NCBI RefSeq assembly: GCF_009914755.1
Contig: NC_060927.1
Direction: 5' to 3' (one strand)
DNA from: the human T2T-CHM13v2.0 reference genome, Homo sapiens
Length of the DNA stretch: 64,000 nt
Within the stretch, counting starts at the first letter, position 1. Each line of letters begins with the position of its first letter. Of this stretch, positions 1-12,545 are shown one piece after another. The notes under the pieces are model-generated. The model made no database searches. It was not told the origin of the DNA and saw only the letters and a program-made list of their open reading frames with translations. Both the position numbers and the translations under genes were made by a program.

Positions 1-744
1 GGCGCAGTGTTCCTGTTTTTAGCCCCGTAAACCACTTCCAACTTCTGTGTTACCAGTTGACTTTTAATTCAGAGATTCTGTAGTGCTTCTGAGGTCAAAT
101 TCCCACCAAAAAGTTCTTCCTCTGTGAGCACTTAGCTTTTCTGCTTTAATTCTCCAGGAGACTCTAAGGTAGAGCTGCTCCTGTGTTCCGTCTGCATTTC
201 ATCTCCCCAAAAGTTTTGAAATTTTTAATCTACTGCTGTCACATTGCCTGTAGTCTTTGTCCTTGCTATTTATATACTTTATTATTAAAGTTTATGTGGG
301 CTTTTGGAGAGCTGTGATATAAGTCTGCTATTTTATGTTTAAAATTCCATTTAGAGGAAGACAAGAACCAAGGTCTGATTGGGAAGAATCTTCTTTCCTG
401 GTAATTAATGGAAGTTAAGAGACATTATATATACCCTGGGTCTTTAAATTTTTATTACTATGAAACCTGAGTAAATCTAACTGAGTAAAATTATTTTTGC
501 TTAAATCCTCAATCCTTACATCCACTGAAAAATGAAAAGATTGAGGAAAACTCTAAATAGAGAAATAAAAAAACTGCCACAATGCAGCCCACAAGCTCTG
601 ACCCATACCTTAAAAAGTCTGTGAAATATTCACTGAGGTGATAACACTAACATGTATGATTCAAGGCTATAGAATTCACAGCTCACTCTAGCTCTCAAAC
701 TCTGGCCATTGACTAGCCTATCCTAGCCTGAATAATGTAGTAGT

Positions 745-1680
745 AGATATATAGGTGCATATTATAACAACATAAAATATATGGCATGGGATATATGGCT
801 TGGAAGATAGCTGTCCATGAAACTGATATTAGAGGCCAGAAATGGAAGCTCATGTTACAGCAGAAAATATTTTATAATATTTTTTAAATAGTAATCTACA
901 ACATCTTGATAGGTAGACCATAGGGATACTAAAGTGAAAGCAATTGGGTGCATTTGGCAAGGAATTAAAATAAAGGTTTGAGCTAATTAAATAACTGGCT
1001 AGCTTGAAAGCAGAAATAAAAGGGAGTAAACAGAGTTTAGAAATTTTGTAATAATGTAGAATTAGAATAGCTGATTGTCTTTATGTTCAAAATGTAAAGA
1101 TAAAATTAAGGAAGTCTTAAGACACATTAAAATTTAATTTGTTGGAATAAACCAAATTAAGGGTATGACTTTACCTCTAGTATTAAAAAACTTAAATGAA
1201 TTAAGATACCTGAAAGCAAATATAAGAATAAAGGCATAGCATTTCCAGAATAGATAGCGCAATAGGAAGACGAAATAGAAAAAAAGCACAAGTTACATGA
1301 AAACTCCGCTCTCTAAAAGATTTCTGGCACAGAAAACTTTTTGGAAGGAAATGGATTAAAAGCCTATTAAGATTTGAGAGAATTAGTCAAAGAAATCATG
1401 AAGCTGTATGTGAAAGTTTTCTGACTGGATCTTAGACACGTACCTATCATGAGCAGAATGCAGGCTGAGAAAGCTGTGCACCCTGTAAGAAGGTTGTGTT
1501 TCCCTAATACCTGTATTAGAGAAAGCCACGGAGGAAAACAGTAAAGGAAGAACCCCTCCCAGAGTGGAGTCAGGGACCACATAGAACAATGGACAAGGAA
1601 GCTATTCCCAAGAGAAAAATTAGGGCCTAAACAAGGAACATTCCCCACCCAGGGTTGGGCTTTCACAATGTTATCCAAGC
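745..1680 (+). mobile_element. Old MaLR internal sequence (MLT1-int-like), degraded
   Basis: Resembles recalled MLT1 internal motifs: GGTGCATATTATAACAACATAAAATATATGGCAT, GAAACTGATATTAGAGGCCAGAAATGG and GGAACATTCCCCACCCAGGGTTGGGCTTTCACAATG. Boundaries approximate. Confidence 0.55.
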
Positions 1681-2386
1681 TAGCTACTTACAGGTTATCT
1701 TTCATGTTTTAAATAAGCTCCTATAAAAATAAATCAGAAAACTGATAGCACAGAAACTTTCTACTATTGATGGTTATCTTCACAGCTTTCTTATATAACA
1801 TTCCCATAAGCCTTGAGCGATGCTTATTTTGAACTTCAGTGTGATTCAATATAGTGATTATATGTGGTACTGTTTTCTGAATGATGGGTTCCATCACCAA
1901 TTCCTCCAGTGATAGAGAGTCTACTATACTGAGCTAGGACAAAGTTAGTCTTTGTCTATGAGACTGATGATAATGAAGGTAACACAGACAAGTTAAAAAT
2001 TTGAAACCCATCACTACAAATATTCTTTGGATATTTGTTTAGTGTTTATGTGAAGGTGTTATTAATAATCAATTATATATTAACAAAAATTAGATATCTC
2101 TTCTTTATCAAAAATAAAGAATTTTTACATGTGCTAAATATAAAATAATTTTTAACATATTTGTATTTATCTTTCATTTCACCCTTTTCTCCACTAGTTA
2201 TATTTAAATGGTGTTACTCATTGGCACTCAGAATAAAGTTAATTTACATGAATATACTTCCAAAAATCATGTTCAAGCTGTTTTAAAGTTTCTTTCTGGC
2301 TTTTGTACTGGAAAGCACCGTTCTGAAGGTCTTGTTGTTCCTTCCTTTCCTCAGTGATTTTCCAAACCAGTCATCATTTCAGCAAT

Positions 2387-2801
2387 TGCGTTATTCTGTT
2401 TTGCATTGCTATAAAGGAATACCTGAGAATGGGTAATTTGTATAGAAAAGTGGTTTATTTGGCTCATAGTTCTGCAGGCTGTACAAGCATGGCAGCAGCA
2501 TCTTCTTTGGGTGATGCCTCAGGAAACTTTTGCTTATGGTGGGAGGTGAAGAGATAGCAGACATGTCACATGGTGAGGGAGGGTGCAAGAGAGAAAGGCG
2601 AAGGTGCCAGACTCCTTTAAACAACCAGCCCTGGCAAGAACTAAAAGAGTGAGCACTCACTCACTACCACAGGACAGTATGAAACCATTCATGAGGGATC
2701 TGTCTCCATAACCCAAACACTCCCATCAGGTTCCACCTCCAACATTGGGGATCCCATTTCAATGTGAGATTTGGAGGGGACAAAACCTTCAAGCTACATC
2801 A
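2387..2801 (-). mobile_element. MSTB-like solo LTR (ERVL-MaLR) with 5-bp TSD
   Basis: TG...CA termini (TGCGTTATTCTG...GCTACATCA). MST motifs CTATAAAGGAATACCTGAGA, TTTAAACAACCAG and CACCTCCAACATTGGGGATC. Perfect TSD GCAAT at 2382-2386 and 2802-2806. Confidence 0.92.
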
Positions 2802-5613
2802 GCAATCAAATGAAAAATTTTGAAATGTATATTTTGACATAAATTGCTTTTTTTCCCCTGAAGACATCACTGTAGCATGCAGGAAGCCATGCAGTTTTAT
2901 GATATCCATGGTTCATGAGTACTGACTTTACGAAAGGCTGGTTGCAATAGTGGCAACATGCTAAGATAAAACTCCTCCCAGGAACCAGATATTGCTAGCC
3001 AAGAATTGTTTTTTCAATTGTTAAATTCACACTCTAGGATTCTGTTGACTTCAGCTGGACTGAATCCAGATTACATTTCACTAGGTACATGAGAATTCTG
3101 CACGGAAATCTAAGTTTATGCTTGTGGTGCTTTTATGCTCCTATGGAGTGGCCACCTGAAAATTGCTGCTCTGGTTTATCCTTCAACCAGCTCTTGGTTT
3201 CCATTACGCTCACTGAGCTAAAGCTTATGTTTGGAAGTTCTCAGACATTTTCTCTGTTTAATTGATTTGATGAGAATTTTTACTTAGACTGCTCATGTAC
3301 TGATGAATGCCTGATGAAGATAGCCACAGTCAAAAGCCAACAAGGCAGCAGTGATTCCCACACTAGATACTAAGTACCTAAGTGCATTTAGTAGCCTTTG
3401 TGGAAGGAGAGTGATGAAAAAAAATTGAGTCCTATTTTAAAAGATTTGTCTTGCTCTACTGACATCACGGAGCTGCCTTGAATGTTGAATATGTTTGTAT
3501 ATATAAAAGTACCTTTGCAAACAGAGGTGCTAGTTCATCATTAGTGTCTGGAACAATAACTTCCAATGGTTATCCTCTCTACTTTCCATTGGTAGGAATG
3601 AAAATACCAATACTTAGGTAAGTATCAGGTATCACATGAAAATCAATATCTGCTTTGACTTTTTCCAATCCTTTTTCTTTTCCACTTATTCCTCCCTAAG
3701 AGAATACTCAAGAAAGTAAGTTGTAAAGTGGAAGTTTTACTTAGTCTCTACCCAGATGGCATAAATATTTCTAAGTAATTTTTCTTTATAGATAGTAGTC
3801 AAACAACTGAAACATTATCAGAGTTATTTTAAAAGCTACCCTTCTACCCTACCCCCCAAAATATGTTCTTGAGGCTTTGATAAATAGAAGATGGATTTTG
3901 TTTTTATTTAAAATATAAAACTTCAAATTTGCCCAGGACTTCTCATATTGAGCTGGGTGGGGGGGGCACTTGAAACTTAGGAAGTTAATAAGAAAAAAGT
4001 TAGACACAACTGAATAGTCTCAGTTACTTATCCTTAGAAATTTAAATCAAATCCTATAACCTTTTTAAGGTACAACCAATTAAAAAAGACCTTAGTGTGA
4101 TACAGAACATTTTGAGGGATGATTTGCAAAAGCTTATAACAGTAGATAGAAAGACAGCATGCTATTTCTAAACAAAGCAATGTAAAAGATTCTGATGTAG
4201 AAATGTTTGCAAAGGAGTAAAGCAAAATTGAAGGTGAGAAATTGCTATCCAAAGTGTTCTATTGTGTTTTGTGTGATTATAATCACTTTGGGGAGAATGA
4301 GAAAAAGAAGCAGAGGGACATACTGGAATAAGCAGGAGGAAGAAGGCAAAATCATTTCCTTGAATGTGAGCTCTATTGTTGAATACAGAAAGTCCAACAG
4401 AAGGTAAGAAATCATATGTAGAGCTAAGACAAGGGCATAAATGAGTAGATAAGTGGCAGAGAATGGGGCTGAGTTTCTAATATTTTTATATGCACTGTGT
4501 GGATAGCTTAACATTGAGAATAATGTAGGGAAGCATTGTTAACTGTTTAGACACCATAACTTCAGACTCATGATTCAGTTTGGGCAGAAAATAGCACCAA
4601 GCAGGAAGAGATAAGGGAAGAAAGGAAAAACAAAATTAAAAAAAATATATTGATTAGTACATCCTGACACATCGTTAAGTACTTTACATGACTTATCTCA
4701 TATTGATGTCATTCACTATTTTTCTCCAGTTATGAGTAATACTATTCTTAATGAAACTTAATATAGAAAAAATAAAAAGTATTTATAATCTCACTACCTT
4801 ACATGTCTGTAAACCACATAGATTTCATAGAATTTATGCCATAAAATACAGCGTTATACATAATGGTTGGTTTTTGTCTTTTTTTTCCTGCTTGCCATGG
4901 TCCTTGTCACATTATTACCTACTCATGGAAAAACTAGTATTTAATGACATCCCTTGATTATTACCTTGTAAGTTCCTTGGAAGATGATATCAGAATTGGT
5001 CTCAACCCTATATCAAATATCTATATTTATTTTTCGAAACTTTTTCTTCAAAATGCACTATAACAATAAAAAAAAAAAGCAGAGATAATGCTAGCTTCTC
5101 CTAACACTTTCCTGTAGAGAAATTTGTGGATCAACTAAGAATGAGCCCTCACTGATTACATGGCAAAATGTATCCATGTGGATACAAACCTGTCTTTGTG
5201 GCTAATGATGACAATTTTAAAAATTATAATTTGGATATCTGTATTTTCTCTGTTTACTATTTCATACCAATTGCCTTCTGGATATAAAATATTTAATCAT
5301 ACACTCAATCATAATTAAGCATTTCAGGATATTGGGTATGATTATATACAGTAATAAAGGGGTGATGTTAATATGATAGTTTTTCGTGCTGCCTCAGTTA
5401 TCTGGAAATTATGACAGCCAAGTCACATTAGCATGTTATTGCTCTCTGAGGTTAATAGCATGCTATTTAATGTGAAAAACCAATAAGATAAGCTGGGCCT
5501 CTTTTTCCTAAGGTTAAAATGACAAAGGGCATGGACTTCTATGTAAATTTTTTTTATATAGAATCTAATTAACTGTATTGATTAAAAATATAGTTATATT
5601 TTGAAATAGGTAA

Positions 5614-5617
<4 letters not shown>

Positions 5618-5648
<31 letters not shown>
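5618..5648 (+). repeat. (CA)n microsatellite, about 15 units
   Basis: Directly visible. Confidence 0.97.
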
Positions 5649-5650
<2 letters not shown>

Positions 5651-5727
5651 TAGTATTTTCTGCTCCTTTAAGCTTCTATTGTAGTAAAAGGCAGAACATT
5701 GAGAGAGAATAAAGCCAGGCTAGAATC

Positions 5728-5747
5728 AACCCTAACCCTAACCCTAA
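5728..5747 (-). repeat. Short telomere-type repeat AA(CCCTAA)3
   Basis: AACCCTAACCCTAACCCTAA, i.e. (TTAGGG)3 on the minus strand. Confidence 0.85.
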
Positions 5748-7038
5748 TATGTGTGCGTGCGTGTGTGTGTGTGCACGTGTGTGTGTATTTATCTATCTAT
5801 CTCATAAATATAATAGGCAATGTGTTTCTAAGTTTCAATATGTTACTGGGGGATGACACAATAATAATGCATTCAGATATGAAAGGAAAGGATTTAATCC
5901 TTCCTTACAAAGGGAATAATCTGGAATTCATAGAGGCTGTTCAAACAGTCAGTGTCAGTTGGTTTAGTTGCTCTAAATTACAAAGCCTCCTAGTATAATT
6001 GTACATATAAAGTTGGTTGGTTTTACTGAGCCTTTTCCTTGGTTTCCAATAAAAACAAAGAATATCAAGCAAACAAAAACTAACAATGGGTTGTTGCCAA
6101 AAAAGTTGTTCTTAACACTGAACAAAAAAAGAAAAATGTAATTTTGTATAATAGCATCTCTTCTGCTAAATCATTATCTCACATTTATTAGATCCTTAGC
6201 ATTTTTATCTTATAATAAACACTTTCCCTTTCATTTTCCTATCCTTTAAGCTCCTTTTGTAGTAAAAGGCAGAACACTGAGGGAGAATAAGGGTAGAATC
6301 AATAGAATAAGTTTTACAGTGTCAAATAGACCAAACTTGGTTCAATTTATAAGACAGGGTAGATGTTTCATTGCCAACTTGAACTAGATCTACACTGAGG
6401 CCCATTTATTTCACAGAGCTGATAGAAAGTTTTCTTGTTGCTGTTCCTAAGGCACAAAATTGATTTCTCTAAATGAAAGTGTAAAATTATTTCAATAAAA
6501 TTGCTGGCACCCTTTTTTCTTTACTGTAAGCTCAACATGTAAAACCATATTTCATTCAGCATTTCCCTCTCTCAGTTGTCAGTACTCCCACAATAGAAAT
6601 GGCATTCATTTTTAGGCACAGTGAGTGAACAAAAGAATCGAGAATCTACATTGCAAAAAAGCTATGAACTGGCTTACTTTTTCTGATTACTCTGGTGTGC
6701 ATAGCAATCCCGTGCTGGTGGAAACTGTTTTGAGAACATACCCACATAGAACAGGAGATGGAGCTCTTGACTAACATGAATTCAAGTTGCCTACCATCTT
6801 TTTAGATTAACATCATTTACTTTATCCTACACAATTCAGAGACTCCCAGAAATCAAGGCTAAGTAATTTCCCCTGATTATCAGTTATTTGTGTTAGGAAG
6901 TATTCAATTTGGGGAATTAAAGTCCTTCCAGACTCAGGGTCATTACTTTAAAACAATGAGAACTTGAAGCAGAAGCTCTGAGTCCCAGAATTGTGAGATT
7001 CAAGGAAATCACTGCACTGGGACAATGCTCCACAAAGA

Positions 7039-7039
<1 letters not shown>

Positions 7040-7070
<31 letters not shown>
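7040..7070 (+). repeat. (TG)15 microsatellite
   Basis: Directly visible. Confidence 0.97.
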
Positions 7071-7072
<2 letters not shown>

Positions 7073-8114
7073 CTATGACAAAGGTAAGCCTTGGCTCTCT
7101 TTGACACTAATAATTGATCTTAACAGTCTCATGTAAAGTATCTGCAAATGCAGATTTAAGACCCTTCTTTTAGCCAATTGTTCCATCCAAAGTCCTTTTA
7201 TATAAATAGTGGAACTGCTTCTGGGGTCTGTTGATTGACTGACTTTTGAAGATGGCCACACATGGCTTCTGTTTCTTTTCTGAATATGATCTTTTCTTCT
7301 CAATATTCCCATTTTGTTTTCCAGCTTTATTCTAGGTACATTTTCTTTCATTGTTTTTCTCTTTATATTCTATTCTAATGGTATGAAATAATTTCGGAAG
7401 TAAAAACCCCTCACAGTTCAAAAGAAGGAAGTGAAAGGGCAGAGTTTTAGGCATTATTCTTTGTGGCAAAATACTAAAGAGACAATTATTTCTTAGACTT
7501 GTGAATAATTGTATTTGCTGGACTTTTCTTCCTGTATTTGGCCCATTAGGAATTTTCTAAATTACTCATCCATGTGTTGAAGTATAACCCTCTTTAGAAA
7601 AAGCTTCTGTGACACCTTAACTGAAACCACTACAGTTCAAGGTGAATATATGAGAGGTCCCCATTGGACAAAACACTCTGCATAAAGCGCCTTGGAAATG
7701 GCTCTTATTAGCTCATCCTCTTTGTTTCATTCCTAGTGAAGTCACTCACTGAAGAGGGAGTCAGCAAAATGCTAGTTAAGTAATAAATAAGGGTGAGAAA
7801 GACAGGTTAGACCCCCACTCACAGCATCTCATCTCAGCTTTTGAAAACTTGAGTGAACTTCATATAGAAATTACCTGTGTTTCTAAGCCAGGCAACTATG
7901 GACAGCGCTCACACTTACCACTAGGTTTCTGAGCCCATGAAGCAGTCTTCTCTTTGCAGCCTCTAAAAAACAGTGCTTCCTTCAATTTAAGTTTTGGGTT
8001 AGGAGAGGATCCAAAAGGGTTTTCTTTGCGTCCTCCTGAAACAGTAACACTAGAGGTAAAAAATGGCTTGATATTTATTTATAATCACTAAAAGGCAATA
8101 AGGTAAGGCTATTA

Positions 8115-8560
8115 TCTTCAATGAAGATGTATTCCATGCAACCCACTGTGCCAGATATATTGGCATATATTTTCAGAAGAATACCTAGGAGATTGTGTTA
8201 TCCTATAAATTGTATAATAGAAAATCCTGTGGCTAAAACCTTGCTGTGGAGCAGAGGTGACACATATGCAGACATGATACAATGTCTGTGCAAAGTGTGA
8301 CAAGTCACAGAGCATCAGTGGCAAGGAGGGAGTGCAGCAATGGTTGGTGTCAGCAATGGTCAGGAAGGACTTCTGAAAAAGGGAAGTTTAACCTGAATTT
8401 TGAAGGATGGATAGGATACCCTTGGACTGACAGGACAGGAAGGAGAAACTGAAGACAGAGAAGAATAGGGTCATGCTGCTGGCAGATGAAAGCACAGGGG
8501 CATGGAAGAAAGTTATGAGGAGTCCTGTTTTTGCAGAGTGTGAAAGACTGAAGTTGGGGG
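8115..8560 (-). mobile_element. L2 LINE 3' fragment
   Basis: GGTCAGGAAGGACTTCTGAAAAAGGG...TTTTGAAGGATGGATAGG resembles the L2 antisense motif. Highly diverged. Confidence 0.55.
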
Positions 8561-11500
8561 CATAGAGAAGTATGCTTTTGAAGTGCTTGCTTGTGCTACC
8601 TGTTGCTCACTCTTAATCACATAAGTGATAGGGGCATGGTAAATGGTTTGCAGACTTACTCCGAAATTTCTCTTACTATGTGGAAAGGAAAGAGGATACT
8701 GTTGTCTCAGTGCCTCTTAAGTCTCCAAGATTCCTAGTGTGGTGAGGATAACATTTGAATTGGAGTTTTTAAGAAGAACTTGAGGCTGTTAGGCATATAT
8801 TTTTAGAAAAATGTTTCACATGTTTTCTAATTGTAGTGAATTTGTTATGTAAAGAAGTTCTACGTTGTTAGATACTGTGAATCATGTGACATATTTGATT
8901 TGTAACAAGCCAAAATCAGAGTTTCTTACATTGAATAACATGGTGCTTTTTTGGAAATGGATAATGCAGAGTGCTCATTATAAATGTGCACAACATATCA
9001 TTTGCCTGTGAATAAGCCTATCAGTAACAATTTATATGTGATACTCTGTCAGGCCTGGTGATAAGCAAGCTCCTTTAATGGAGATATAGCCTGTGTAGTT
9101 TCAGTTGGTGGCATTTGTGGGCACTATTTGACAGGAACAAGGAAACAAGATTATTTTTGGTTGCAATTTACTTAATTTATGGGAAAGAAATATAGCAACA
9201 AGAAACTGTGAACCTAGACTTAGGAGGACTTCAATGGAGTACATTTTAGCATTATACTTTTGAATTCTATATGAGGTATTCTCTGTTTAATCTCTGGTGA
9301 AAACAATGCTTACATTGTGTGGTTAATTTAGGACTTAATAGAAAAAAATAAGTATTTTCCTGAAAACATAGCATGTTCCTTTTTTATAAGATAATCTATA
9401 ATTATCTCCTTTATATTAGCTGTAAAAATCACTTATAATTAATCACAATGTCCATATTAGCCTGGCATTTCTTATGTTTATATTCTGTTATTGCTCCTTT
9501 AGTGATCCTATTTAAATTTTAGCAATAGTACTATAAAAGAGTCTGTTACATATTAGAGATACTATTTTTCTTCTTTCTCTTTTCTTTTATAGGGAATGAT
9601 ATTATCATTTGCTCCTAGTGTAAGTATGATCTGAAAGTTACAATGAAACTTATATTCATTTGCTGATGAAGACTGGTCCCAGTGGTTTTCCATAATTATA
9701 TAGATGTAATATTACTAAGCATCTATTGCTGGGGGGAAGATTTGAGAAAGGCAATAAAAGGATGTTAGGAAACTTTTTAGATTTCTATCGTGGATGCCCT
9801 TATAGCCAAATCTAGTCACAAGTAAAAAAGTAGGTTAATTTGGAGGGCTTTTTTGAGAGAGAAAATAACAGTACGCATACTTTAAATGTGTAATAAGAGT
9901 AATAGCTTTTTAAAAAGAGTTTGAGGGGTCTTGAAATTTATCAAGTCTAATAATTTCTTCTTACATATGAGAAAATTGAAATACCAAGGGATTAATGACT
10001 TTCTGAGTATCATGCATTAGAACACAGATTTTTTGTTTGTTTGTGTGTTTGCTCACTTTTGTTTTTGTTTTGCAAATATCACAAAATACTAATCAAGCTT
10101 TTGGAATTCTGATATAATACAACAAAAGATTAACATAGCTTTTGTTAACTTTAGTCAAAGTCACGTCCTGATTTACACTGAAGTAGTGATCTGCATCAGA
10201 ACTAGAATAATAAAAGTGAAAGTAAGTTTCTTCCATCATGAAAATATGCTATTCTGCAACTACATAATATTCAGTCCTACTTTTTTGTTTACGTCATCAA
10301 GCCTTGTTAAAAAAGACTATATCTCCTAAGTCCGATCTACACTGCTATGTGTTCAAGAGAATTTAATGATCTTTAGAGGCACTCTGTTCTTAGGGAGGTA
10401 TGCTAGTTTTCTATTTTTAAAAAAGATATTTTTAGAAATAGTTTGGCAACATAAACCCAGAGACAAAAACCCCATGAGTTTTCAAATATTTACACATGCC
10501 TACCTAAATTGACATTTTTCTTAAGGAATAATGGGAAACAACTTTATGTCAAATTTCACAATGCTATTATTTATGAGATTGAAACATAACAGAAATAGAA
10601 ATATAAAAATAGATCAAATATCTCTAAAATCTGAAAACAGATATTTGGTGAAACATTAGGCAAACATTAAAATTTGTATAATTACTTGAGAACATGCAAA
10701 TGTTAATTGTTATAATGCAGAGAACAAACTAAGACTAAGTGTTAGATGTAGTATCCCTGAATAATGACAACTAAGAAATTAAATTTGCTTCAAATAATTT
10801 TTCTGTATGTTTCTGTTTTTCTGCATGGAAAATACTTCATATTATAATCAGGAAATGGCTTACTGAAATATAGATGAAAGAAAATGATAAGAGGACAGGC
10901 TTTTAAAAGCAACAACGTAGAATGATGTGAAACAGGAAAAATGTATACAATTATAAAAAATGCTGTCCTTTTAATTTTCAGGAGCTAGGGGACCTAGCTT
11001 AAAGCCATTTAATTTCTCAGTATTACTAAAAAATTCACACTTGTGGATTCTGCTCTCGTTTTTAATTCATGGGAAAAATACATTTTTATTACTCACTGTC
11101 AACTTCTCATTTTCTGCCCTGTCACCTTGACCCTTCTAACATCTTCCTATTTTCCTTCCAATATATTTCTCTGTGAATTTGGGAACAAACTGTAACTGAA
11201 GTTTGTTTAAAAACTCAAGGCATTTGGGCCTTCCATTTTGAAAACACTAAATATTGCTGTAGGAACCCATTCATTCTGCACAAAATAATAAAAATGAAAT
11301 AAAGCATTTCCTGCTGTGTATTTTGAATTACATGATAAATCTGTTAGTTCTCCCATTTTGATACCTAAAGAAAACCTTGGGGTACAATTTTTCTTACTAA
11401 TATTATTATTAGATAATTAATGGTATTAGGATATAAATGTTTCAGAGGATGATTCTTAAACACTTTTTTTGTATTAACCATTGTTTCTCACCATCTTTGG

Positions 11501-11574
11501 TGATTTTTGTTTTTTCCCTGTGGCTTTGTATGGATGACACACCCATCTCCAAATACTTGACAGATATTATAAAT

Positions 11575-11933
11575 CAGATGTTGGCAAGCTTACTCCGGAA
11601 GGAGTAATTGGTAGTAAACATTACAGACTTTGTGAGCCCCACACAGTCTCTTCTGCAACTACTCAAATCTGGCAATTGCAGCCTGAATGCAGCCATAGAT
11701 GATACGTAAATACATGGGAGAGGTTGTTTTCTAATAAAACTTGATTTATGCACACTGAAATTTGTATTTCATCTGATTTTCACACGTCACAAAATGTTAT
11801 TCTTCTTTTGATATTTTTAAACCATTTACAAGTGTAAAAACTCTTCTTAGCTTGCAGACAGCAAAAAATAAAAATAAAAAAAAGTGAATGACACGCAGGT
11901 ATTGGCTAGCAAACCATATTTTCTTGATCTCTG
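11575..11933 (+). mobile_element. MER58B (hAT-Charlie DNA transposon)
   Basis: CAG...CTG ends. Matches GCAACTACTCAA, GCAGCCATAGA, AATAAAACTT...CACTGAAATTTG and CACAAAATGTTATTCTTCTTTTGAT. Confidence 0.88.
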
Positions 11934-12087
11934 CCACGAATCAAGTGGGAACACACTAATCAGAGCCTCTGATGAAGGTAACAACCTTGTCCCCTTGTCC
12001 TGGTCCTCAACTTCATGTTCTTTAGATCTTTCATTGCAGTGTTACTTGGACACATCCTCAAGAACTTGACATCTAAACCTTTGTTCT

Positions 12088-12545
12088 GTGTCATAGATAC
12101 AGAAATGGCCACAATTCTTTACAGCTCCTACCAGGAGATGGAAGAGGGAGTGTATACTTAGGCAAGCAGGCTCTTCTTCTGACTTCTACCAATAGAAGGT
12201 AGCAAAAGCAATAATGTGCAGATTTACTTTGGTCTTTTGCTCACTTCTGCCTCACTCATAGAATGTGACATCATGTTTATGGAAATATCACTGTATGGCT
12301 TGTGGGAGGGTGAGAAACCTCTTGAAAAGTAAATTACCCATTCCAGCAGAGGCATCTAAGTCTCAACTGACTAAAAGGAAGGTCAGCAAATCCAACTGAT
12401 CTGATAAGGGTGGCCCAGATTAACAGAAATGATCCATTGAGTTCAGCCCAATTTGCCAATTCACAGATTTCTGAGCTAAATAAATACTTACTATTTAATC
12501 CACTGCATGTGGGGAAATATGTTGCTCAAGATAAGAAATAGATAC
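12088..12545 (+). mobile_element. MLT1 (MLT1F/G/H-like) solo LTR
   Basis: 5' AAATGGCCACAATTCTT and CCAATAGAAGGTAGC; 3' CAGCCCAATTTGCCAATTCACAGATTTCTGAGCTAAATAAAT. Confidence 0.7.

Noticed and set aside
1367-1678. 103-aa minus-strand ORF
   Set aside because: Antisense to a probable MLT1 internal sequence; no recognisable domain
3268-3317. Three TGATGA and two CTGA motifs suggesting a C/D-box snoRNA
   Set aside because: No purine before the C boxes, spacing too short and no terminal stem
5454-5467. Perfect 14-bp palindrome AATAGCATGCTATT
   Set aside because: Several palindromes of this length are expected by chance in 64 kb of AT-rich DNA
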